The notes under the pieces were generated by a model. It saw only the letters and a list, made by a program, of their open reading frames with translations. It ran no database searches and was not told the DNA's origin. Positions 38,001 to 50,000 of a stretch of 64,000 nucleotides of DNA are shown one piece after another (position 1 is the stretch's first letter; every line of letters starts with the position of its first letter). Source of the DNA: Octopus bimaculoides. Lineage: Eukaryota. The DNA lies in NCBI RefSeq assembly GCF_001194135.2, contig NC_068999.1, forward strand, positions 47,323,571 to 47,387,570, in the 5' to 3' direction. The position numbers and the translations under genes were made by a program.

Positions 38001-41000
38001 CATTAGCACGCTGGATGGTATACTTAGCCGAATTTTATCCATCCTTACATTCTGAGTTCAAATTCTGTCACAGTCGACTTTACCTTTCATCCTTTTGGAG
38101 TCGATAAAATAAATACCAGTTGAGTGCTGGGGTCGATGTAGTCAACTGTCCCCCTCCCCCATATTTCAGGCCTTGTGCCTAGAAAGGATTATTAACTGTA
38201 GTTCTCTGGAGAATGTATGTCCTTTAGAAAATAAGCTTTTCTTTTAAATGTTCTTCAAGTTATACTATTGGTTTCTAAGTTGTATACTCCATATTGTTTA
38301 AGGTGAAGCTCCATTCCGATAATCTAGGAAATTTATTAGAGTGGTTGGCATTTGTTGGTTAGAAATCTGCATTTTTGTGTTGGATGCAGTTTTGTCTGGA
38401 TGAGGAGAGAAAGTGTTTCAATCCCAGAGCAATCACAGCTGAATTTTATTAAATCTTTTGCTATATAGATGCAGATGTGGTTGTGTGGTTGTTAAGAAGC
38501 TTGCTTCCCTACCATGTGGCATTGAGTTCAGTCCCACTGCATGGCACCTTGTGCAAGTGTCTTCTATTATAGCCGTGGGCCAACCAAAGCCTTGTGAGTG
38601 GATTTGGAAAGTGAAAGAACCCATGTGTGTTTGTGTAACTTAGCAGTTTGGCAAAAAAAGACCAATAAAATAAGTGCCAGGCTTCAAAATAGAAATGCTG
38701 GGGTCGATTTGTTTGACTAAACCCTTCAATGGCTATAGTTCAGTGACTTCAAACTTAACATGTACGCCTGTCATCACCACACCCACCCTCTGACTACAGT
38801 ATTTGCAGTTTTTAAGAATGTTGCCATCAAACTGTCCTCCGTGTTAAGAAATAAGGAATTCCAAGGAGAACTATTTGTTATAAAATACAAATTTCTAAAC
38901 CTTTTAGAACCGTTCAACATATTAACATGAAACAGTTCGTTCTTTTACTAACTTTGTGAAAATTGAAGCAATTTAACTATTGAATTTTACAAAACTTAAT
39001 TAATTTCAAATTTGTAAAATGCTGAATGTTAAGTATTGTGATTGATTATATCTCATCATAACAAAAAAATATTATTTGCTTTTGAATTTTCAGCTAAGGT
39101 TATTGGTAAAAATGGCAGAAATATTCAAGATATTGTTGATAAATCTGGTGTTGTTAGAGTTAAAATTGAAGGTGATAATGAACACGAGGCTCCTAGAGAA
39201 GAGGTATGTGTGAACTCTTCACTATTTGTACCTGCTCTGAAGTGAAATTACTTGGCATGGCTTCAGCATTCATACTCTTCAGTAACAATTTAGTTTTAAG
39301 CTAGAGATGTGTATATCATTTTGTTTGTATTTTCGTTAAATTGCCCTAATTTCTCAATTTTAATTTTGTTAAATAGTCATTAAGCATCAAATTCTCTGCA
39401 GATATTAGTATAGATGTACAGGAGATCTAAGTAGCCTTATTAGGACAAATGATTTGCAGTTTATAGCTTGGAACAGAATCCGTTTTGGGTTATGGGGTTT
39501 TTTGTTCTTTTCCTTGGTTTCCTTAAGTGTACTTTAGTGAAATGTAGATGGAAAATATAAGAGCTTTAGTACATTTCAATAAGATCTTAATTTAAATATT
39601 GCTTTAAATTGTACATAGCTTGTTCTGCTGTCTACTAGTATGTTGATGTGGTTTTATTTCTGTTGTAGTGTATTGTTCATTGTGAAAAAAAAAGACGGGA
39701 AGAAACAATCATGCATTTCAATTGCTTGCTGTGGGATTTATTTTGAACAGATCTAAATATTTTAGTGATTGATAGCTTAGTTGTATTTGTGAAATTTATG
39801 GCTTTATCTCTGAATAATTTACTAAACCTTACGTCTTGTGTGAATTTTGTTGTTAATCTTACTGGGGTGACGTACTAAGTTTATTTCCATCACATCAAAG
39901 ATTGTTTATAAGGATGTTTATATTTTTAGTGTTCTCTCAAAACTGGCAGCTTTTTCACAGCTGCCAGAAATTTACCTTAGTTTTAGTTTTAATTAACTGT
40001 AATAAAATAATCATTATATAAAAAATTATTTCATTATAACCACTGTAATTAATGACTTGTTTAGGAGAAATTAAAAATGTACTAGAACATACTTTAAACT
40101 CAGTAAACTGGTGACTGTAGATTAGTAATTTTTCAACCATGTTACTCTTTTTCTTTAATAGTTCAGAGTATCTGATCCATGTCAAGTACTTTTCATTGAT
40201 TCTAGCAGTTTCTAATGTTAGTCTTTTTAATCTGACTTGAAAACACCTTTTTATTTTTTACTTTTCATTAGCTTATTCAAGTTATTTTAACATACACGTG
40301 TGTATGTATGTACATGTGTATGTACGTGTGTGTGTGTGTAACATGTTTTTATCCTTGTGTGTATTACATATTTGTGTCTGTGTATGAGTGTGTATATTTG
40401 TTGTTGTATATGTGTGCAATTTATAAATAAATATTAGCACAAGTTTCCCATGTGAACAGTATTAAATAAATTTTCTATGAATAAATTCAAGAGAACCAAA
40501 ATAGCAACTCTTCTGTTTAGAAGATTTCCTCATTTGACTACTCAGTAAACCTACTCCTTACTACTCCCCATTTGCCTCCTTGTCTTTTTTTCTCAAATTA
40601 AGCATATATATATATATATTTTATGTGTTGTATCAAATAGTGCAGTTAGTATTAAAGGTAAGTGCTTACTATTGCTATTAATGTCTTAGAGAGCTAGAAA
40701 GGATGCCCATGACGTAGTGGTTAGAATAATTTGGCTCAGGGTGTTAGATACGCATGGTTTGATTTCCATTAAGAGATTTGAGTTGTAGTTTCTAAATATA
40801 AACCTATTTCCTATCATAATAGCAAAGTGGTTCCTCTCCTATTAAACCAGGGCATCCATATGTAAAACAACCTGCAAATGTCGTAGAAATATATACAAAC
40901 TATCTTAGTAACTGTAGCATGTAAAATAGCATGCGTTACACTAGACATCGTAGAGGAAGTGGTTTAACTGAATTTAATGAATATATACTTCAATTTGCAC

Positions 41001-44000
41001 AAAAGTTTTGCTTTTAATTTATAACACTTGCCAGAGTTGGATCCTATTGGGCTTCAGTATAACGTGGCCCTGTGTAAATATGTACCAGATTGTGTAAGTT
41101 AGGTATTAAGTTGCAGGCTGTGTTGTTTTCTTCATTGAGGGATCTGTTTTAAGTCTTAGTTCCTCTCATACAATTGGTCTGTATATCGGGCAGCAAGATG
41201 TCTCCAATCATCCCAGTTTTAAGCATATTCCACTGCAACTTCCCAGGTGATGCTAAATTGCTTCAAAGCTTCAGACTGATGGACCAAAGCATAAAAGGAA
41301 ATTGGTAAACTTATTCCATACTACAGGATATTGTTAGTTTAGATAATGCAATTTTTATCAGAATTGGAACTACAGACACTGTCTCTATTGAAATGACAGC
41401 AATAATTTTGTCTCAGGTTTTCTTCACACCTGAGATAGGCTTTGATAGATTTGCACACTATATTGTTGATGGGCGTCGAAAATATTAGGAGTAAATAATC
41501 CAACTTAGGTTTAATGATTAGTAATAGCCTCTGAAGAATTTAATGTATGGTTAGGGATTCTACAAGAGTTCATGTTAAATGGATCTTGGAACTTTTATGT
41601 AGTGCTAGTCTGATGTGTCTGCAGGCTGGAGAAGAACTTACAAATCGAGATGGTCTACAATTCTTGCAAGTCCTGTTCAGGAAATGGTTTTAAGTAGGAA
41701 GGTTTATAAAAAAAGAAACAGTATTCTGTAAGCAAAATATAGAGACGGATGAAGCTAGACTTAAGTGATGTAATTGGTCACAATGAAAGTTTGGGAACTA
41801 ATGTCAGAAGGAGTTGTTACTTTTGTTGAAAATAAGATATTTCTCTCCATACCAAAGGAGGCAGACATAAGATGCTTTGTGAAAGCTAGCCTTCACTAAA
41901 TATAGATCCATTAAATGTGCAACATGAGCTGTCATGAAACACCAAGCACATGTAATAACATGGCATTAAGAGGCATTATCCAAGCTATACAAGGGTAGTT
42001 CTGTTTACATGGACACAAATTTAATATTTATTACACATGTCGTGTGAAAAAGTCATGTTCTGCTGACAATGGGAAGTGTTTATTCTGGGAAGAGGTGGTG
42101 AGGTGAGAACTGAAGACGTCGGGTTTCAAAGACAGGAATCAACGGCTAGATACTGTATTGGGGAAATATTGCAATGATTTGTAGTTATTGAATGCTGTTT
42201 ATTCAGTGATGAAAATTTAGCTCGTGCTCTTTACATATGTAAAGAGGGTGGGACTGATTGATGGTAGTGGGTAATCTATGGCCCATTCTCTTTTGGATTC
42301 ACCTTATGCATCACCAAGATTGGGAATCCTACTAACAAAGTTGTCAACAGAACTAGACTATGCGACACTCCACTATTGAATGATTCAATAATTGAACGCT
42401 AATAAAACTACCTTGACCCTACATCAAGACTGTGTTTAATATTCCAAAGGCTGCGACCTGTGAAATGTTTTCAAGGACCCTTAATATTACTAGTGTGGGT
42501 CCCCAATTTACTATTTTGCTAGCACGTGCCCCCCCCCCAAATCGTATTCCCTTCCCCGAGTGGTCATATGGACCTCAGTTGGGAACTACTTGTCTAGTAG
42601 GATCAAGAGCATTGTGTGTGTGTGTGATTCCTACAGTTGGTTGAGTTGATGGTGATGGCTTTCTGGTTGAAAGGTTGTCAATAGAGTTTCCTTTGTCTAG
42701 ACATCCACCAAGATAGAACTTTGATATGTCCAACCCACCCATCTGTAAAAGTTATTGAAAACTACAACCTGCCACAGAACATTTAGCAGTATAACAATTC
42801 ATGAGGAATACTTTTTGGCTGGCAGTTTAAGGCAAAACCCTTTCCTGGAAGGTTGGAGATGAGTACATTCTCTTAAGTGACCTTATTCTAACTAAAATAC
42901 ATTTCCATATTATCTAGAGCTGAACCCATCTAGCTTAAGGAATCAATACAACTGTATTTGTGTAATTAAATAAAACACATTGTATGTATGTGTATGTGTG
43001 TGCAATTTTTTAATCGTGGTTTTACATTTACACATTTGCAAAAATGCATAAACTAGTTTGTGGTTGCAGATGCACAAATGAGTGCATCTGTAATTAATTT
43101 TCAATTAATATGTGTATTAAATTCATATAAATATTGACTTAGCTTTTGTTAATTTGAAATGATTTCTGTAATTATTTCTTTTGCATTTTCAGAACGTCTT
43201 AGATTAACAATTATTCCATTGTCTATGTCAGTTTATGGAGAGAGGAATTTTCATTAAGGCCTAATTATGATTGATGAGTTAGTTGGTTAAGGTATAGCTG
43301 TCACAGCATAAAATATTTAACGTACATCCCTCTCTTAAATTACTTCAACATTAATTTTTATTTGCCATAATTTAACCCAAAACTAGAACTGTTTAATGTT
43401 GTAGCTTTTTTTAACGAAGAATTGATGTAATGTTTTATTGTTTATTTTCTTTAGGGCAATATTTGCATATTACTGTATGAATTTGTGCATGTATGTGTGT
43501 ATTATACATGTGTTTTATTTATTTGTGTTTTATATATTTATGTGTGTATTATATTTGGGTGTATTACATATTTGTGTGTATTTATTTATTTGTGTGTGTA
43601 TTATATATGTGTATAATTATATATGTGTATAATTATGCGTGTATCATATGTATGCGTGTATCGTATGTATTATATATGTATGGATGTGTGTATTTTATAT
43701 ATATATGTATGTATAATTCTATCTTCTCTTCAGTAAGGAGCATATGACTTAGTTTTTCGGTGGGGTTTTTGTTCTAATCTTTGATCCCAGTCTCATACTC
43801 GGTCAATATTTTCAGCTCCTAGGAATGCATAGCCTGGATGTTGCTAGCGTCCCTCTGTCCGCACCTAACGATATGAGTCAGGTCAGAAACTTTAATACAT
43901 GTATTTTATCAACAATATTCCTTTTGCTTGTCTTCTTTCTAAGAGTCTGTTGTGAGTTAAATCTGGTATCTTGCCCTCAATATTTACTATGTTCATATTA

Positions 44001-47000
44001 TAGTCTATGCAGACTCTTTATTCTTCAAGCTTATATTAACTTCAATGCAGTAACACAACATTTAAAGTAATTAGTGTCTAACCGTTTTGATACCAACCTA
44101 TCAGACACTGCTCTTTATCCCTTGTTACCAATCTGTCTGAAATTCCCTCATAAATGTACATATTTCAAGATCACATCTTGTTATTTAATAATATGCGTAG
44201 CTGAACACTTTTAAGTTCCACATGCCAGTTAAACAACCAACAGGTTATAATTATTTTGTTAAAATTTCACTCAATTCTTGATTTATTTTGAAAATTAATT
44301 TAAACATTGAAGCAGTCAATTCATGTTATAAAAATGATGAAAGGGTTCAAGTATATATTATAGGGAGCTTTTATTTTTATATTCTTTGTAGTTTAATGAA
44401 GATGTGGGACAGTAGCCATGATATTTGCCAGCCTTCTGAGACTGGTGAGATTGATATATGGTCAACTTTAATGTCTGTAAGCCATTGTCTGCAGGAAAAA
44501 TGTGGTTGGGAAGGAATTCCAGGAGTGGAGTAGGGTTAGTAATAGTCTGTGAAGGAAGTATTGGGGAAAAGTGATCTGTTGCATAACTCAACCATCCATG
44601 GGCTGGGGGTGAAACAAGAGATGACAAGTGTAGCAGGGATGAGTGTCTTGGTTAAATGTAATTTTGAGCAGTACAAAGGTGCTGATGCTGTCGTTGCTGT
44701 TGTTGTAGTGATAGAATAGGTAGAGAAATGAGATGGGACGGGGTATTTGACCCAGAGGTTGTAGTGATAGAATAGGTAGAGAAATGAGATGGGACGGGGT
44801 ATTTGATCCAGAGGTTGTAGTGTATGGCTGAATAAATTATTGGCTATCATTCAAATTGTAGGGTATTGAGCATGACTAGAAATAGTGGGTTTATGTTTGG
44901 GTTAGGAGCCACTTTGGTCTACCACCTTTTCTTAAATGTATTACTAAGTTATTTACAATATCATACATAAGATACTGTACAAAGATTAAAAAAAAAAATT
45001 TTATAATGGCAAGTTTCATATTTTTTTACTGTTATTTTTTTTTTTTTAAAGCAAATCATATAAATGTATTTTGGTTGATGTGTTAAAAATACAAATATAT
45101 CATTCTGAAATAAGTATTTTATTTTACTTAACATTCATAAAATATTCTTTTATATTTTAAAATGAACTCCACATTAATTGCATCATTTTATTTTACCAGA
45201 AAAATACAATGTACACATTGTAGTACAACATAAGTTTCAGGTAAACTGGTTTCAAATCTTAGCTATCACCACCAAAATGCATCATATGTTCTCATTTCTT
45301 TCTTTGGGAATCTTAGACTTTGTGCTTGTGTATGAAATTGGTATATTTTGAAAATAATTTCTCTGACACAGATCATATAGGTTCATAAAAATGGGGAATA
45401 TTATTGTATAACTTTTATGGCTTCCTCTATGAAAATGTGAATGCATACAACAAAGATTTGCTGTGCTTCAAGTTACAGACCCTATTTTGCTATTCTTACC
45501 ATGTGAAACAATAATTGGTCTGTTTGCAACTTGTAGCCAACAATTGCCATCTAAAAGAAATTAGACTGCAAAATTAATAAATTGAAACTTTCACTACAAC
45601 TTAGGAAATTGTGTTAGGACTGAATTTGGACGATTAACCATTGTGGCTTATTTTTTTCTTGGACATCGTTATTCAAATTATTCTTTATGGCAGTAAACTG
45701 GTAGAATTGCTACTGCACCAGACAAAATGCATTTCTTCTGGCTTTGTGTTTTGAGTATAAATTCCACCAAGCTTAACTTTGTCTTTCATCCTTTTGGGGT
45801 TGATGAAATAAAGTACCAGTTGAGCACTGGGGTCAATGTAATTGACTAGTATCCCCTACCCCAAAATTTCAGGCCTTGTGTCTATAGTAGAAATAGTGAG
45901 TTGGAAAACTGGAGCTTGTGATAATGCAGACAATCGGGTAGAAAACATAGGAAATAATACTTTTGCATTCTCATGTGATGTGTGATGATATGTAGCATGA
46001 AATGTAGTTGGTATCTGGTCGTGGATAGCAGCTGTTAAAGAAAAATAGTGTATATTGTATGTAGAATATGAATGTGAGAGAGGTAAAATAAGGAAGGTTA
46101 GTAATGACTGTAGCAAGATTACATATTCTTCCTGATAGTTAACTGAAGAGATAGCAATTGTTGATGATAGAGAAGATAAACATGGATTTAAGACTAGGCT
46201 GGAAATATTAGGTGAAGTAGATCTGGGATTCACAGTTGAGAAAGGCAGGATTAAAAATTAGAAAAAGCTGATGAATTAATAATATTTCTTATGTATGAAA
46301 TGACTTGTTAATAATAATTATAATTTTCTGTTCTGTTAACCTTGTATTGATATCTACTATTGGTTTTGATTAGTTTAATCTTTATTTATCATCAGGTGTG
46401 TCATTTTTGGATGTGTATGTAACACCCTAACTGGTGTCTAGCTATGAATTTTATTTCTAAAATAAGTGTAATAACATTCTATCCATGATACCACATGTTG
46501 TACACGTGTAAATATTGTGGATATACATTGTCAAGAGGAGGTTAACGATCCAATGTACAGAAAGAGATTGTGTGTCTACTGAGTCGCAACTACTATGTGA
46601 GCAATTAGAGCACAGATATGTGATCAGACAGATGTCTGTCTGCTTGTAAAGCCTAATTTTAATGTAAACATAATCATTAATTAAAATCAAGTTTGAAGTT
46701 TGTTGAAAGACTATAGGGCACAAGATCATTTGAAAAAGAATGACCTTCAGTGACATAAACTTCTAAGCTTATTGTGGCGTTCAACAAATTACATGGTCAA
46801 TATTGTAAATTAGGATTTTAGTACAAATATTTCATACTTCTTCATAGCAATGTGGTTTTCTTACATGCAAATAGTTCAGATACAATAAACCTGTCAAAGT
46901 TGGCTTCTGTCACAGAGATTTTTCTGAATAAAGTTACCTAAATTAATCAAGTCTGCTACCACACTTTCATCTCCTGCAGGACTAATGATACATCAGCTAA

Positions 47001-50000
47001 ACAAACAAGAGAAAACACAAAAGTACCATATTTTCTGGCTCACAAGTTGATGTATATAGTGTAAACATTTAAGCATCGTCACTCTCTCTCCAAAGTCATC
47101 TTGTATAAGTTAACCTGCCTCTTTTGGAGCTGTAAATTTTGGTCCGCAAAAATTCCAAATCCGTATACTGGAAAATACAGTAGTTACTATGAATTATCAA
47201 TAGAAATGAGCTTGGATTGGTGGAAGTCTTTAGATCTCCTAGGCAAATTCTCAATTCCTAGATATGTTAGATACACTCATCTAATTCATTTCGGAGTGAA
47301 AGTGTTTTCTAAGTTGATAATGATGTATGAATTGTTTTGTGCTTGTCTTTGGTCTTCCATTTATTTTATTTGGTGGACTTTAATGGCTTTCATAGACCTT
47401 TTTATCATTATTATTATTATTTTATGATTTTCATATGTACATGAAGTGTACCTTAAATTTCGACTTTGTTTTGTTGTTAACTTTTGTATTCAACAATATT
47501 ATTGGTCTATATATGTGCTCAACCTCAGTTTATTACATATTGATACTGATAGAGAATACTTATGTACAGGTGAATGAGTCAAATTATCATAAGTGTTTGA
47601 ACTGGGGTGAATTTTAGAACCTGATGTTGTGGTGGTCAGGTTTTTACACTCGAACTTTACATGTAAAATCTTGGTTGCATTGATTTAGATAATGAGAATA
47701 CGTTAACTTGGTAAAGAAATACCAAAGGAGAAAGAAGCAAGCAAAATTTTGAGAATTCTATAAATGTATAAATGTTCTAAAACGGGGGAAATTCTGTCAT
47801 ATTCGGAAATTAGGCTAGTACTAATAGAGTGAAAATAGATGTAAATAAAACCCATTTTTTTAGTTGCAATGGTTATGAAGATGGAGGGGGGGCTTTTATT
47901 CACAAGTAATTGATGACTAGTGGCTGTTATTTTTAGTTTTTAATAAAAAGATGGTGCAATATTTGTCAATTTAAACTCTATAGAACTTTTATTGTTTCTT
48001 GGCTAACCATTTTATGCTGGCATTTTTGAAGATGAGAGAATTTACTTATCCAGAAATTCTCTTTGCCCTCATCATATAAACCATCGATTTATAACGCCAG
48101 CTGATAGCTATCCAAATGATTCCAAATTAAGAAAACCTCAGATAAAAAGGGGGATTAAATTTATAGCCATATTTATTTTAGAAAGCTGTTTAGGTTATAT
48201 AATGATTGGGAAAATTTTAAATAAGTTTTGTCTGACAAAGGTAGCAGTGATGGCATTAGTTAATCATTTGTAAAAGATTCCCGGCTACATAGGGGTTGTT
48301 AAGTGCAAAAGAAGCTGACCAATGTACACTTGTAATGCTTTAAAATATGGGTTTTATGCTGATGCATTATTAACCCTAACCCAAAATACATAGCCTAGAC
48401 TGCACAGCAGGAGACGCAGCTTGCATCTCCATCTTACCCAGTCATGTTTCTTGCCATCCTCCTTGTCCATTGTTTCGGTGTTGTTCAACCACCCCATTTG
48501 TAGTCTTCCTGCATCAGTTTGTCCATGCATGACTATTCAGTAGAAGTTATATGGTGTTGTGTTATATGACCAAACCACTTTCATTTTCTACTTTTTAATA
48601 CATTACCAGTGTAGGGAAGGGAACCATAAAAGAACTGATATAGAATGTTACAAGTTAAGGGCGAGATCTTAAAATGTTTATTCCAAAGTTGTTTTGCACT
48701 GTCTTTCTTTCAGCCTTTAACTCGTGTTATCTTGTTTAATTTTAAAAGTTAAGTAAAAGCTGTGTATAAAAGCAACAACAAAACTTTTCTTCTGTTGTGG
48801 TGTTACTCTTAAAATTACTTTTGCAACCACCCATTTCCCTTGAAAAATAACGATGGTAGATGTTGCAAAAACTGCGTTCTGCAGAATAGACTTACAGTAA
48901 TCCCTTGCCATATTGCGGTTCACCTACTGCGCACTCAGTACATCGCAGATTTTTCTGACTAATGTGTAAATTTATATTGTGGACTCCTCAGTTTATCTGG
49001 GTTTCTGCGGCTAATAGGTGTTTATATTTTTTTATATTTTAATTATTTCTTTTGGAGATTTTGGAACGTGGCACCCGCGATAGTCGAGGGATTACTGTAT
49101 ATCTTTTTTTTAGTCTGTGTAGTGTTTAAATTGCCATGACTTGAAACTTACTTTTTCATTTCATGAGTGTCACATCAAATTGATAAAGACACTGTAAGAT
49201 TTAAACCAAAATAATATCAAAATAGATATTTACTCTTTTAAATTAATTTATAATATTACTATTTTACTAAATTATATTTGTGATTTTGTTCTAATGCAAT
49301 TTTGGGGCAACAATGACCCCTACCACCACTACTGAGAGACCTTGCAAGTCTAACAACAAAAGGATTACATCTACAACCTAACAAAGTGTGAAATACTTTC
49401 TTACATAGAATTAATTTATATAGTATCCACTGTGTGTTAGGTTCATCTACCTATTTATTTTTCTCTCTTGATATACTGAACCACATCATTGTCATTATAG
49501 AAAAAAAAATTAAATTAGATTATAAAATTCTCCTAAATGCCCAAATGGCTCACTAGAAGTAGTTGATAGTTTTTCTTATCTAGATATTTTTTGCAGGGGA
49601 GGTGGTTGCTCTGAAAGTTATAGTAGCCAGGATAAAAGCAGGATGGAAAATACTCAGGCCTGCTGACAATAAAGGTCTTTTTCCTCAGAGTGAAGGACAG
49701 ATTGTATGACACTTGTGTTAGAATTGTGATGCTGCATGGTAGAGATATAGGTTTTGAATACTGTGGGTAGAAGACTGTGTGATGATGATAAATTCCATTG
49801 GAAGACTGGTAAAAGACTGTGGGAGAAGACTGGAAAGAAATGAATCTAACTTGCTCTGTTGGATGTGCAACATAAGTTTACATGAACATTAAAGTACAAG
49901 TGTGTTGATAGAAAAACTGGGCATAAGTGGTATCAGGTGCAATGTGCAAAAAAGAATCAGCTGGTATGGACATGTGATGTGTATAGATGAGGAGAGCTGT

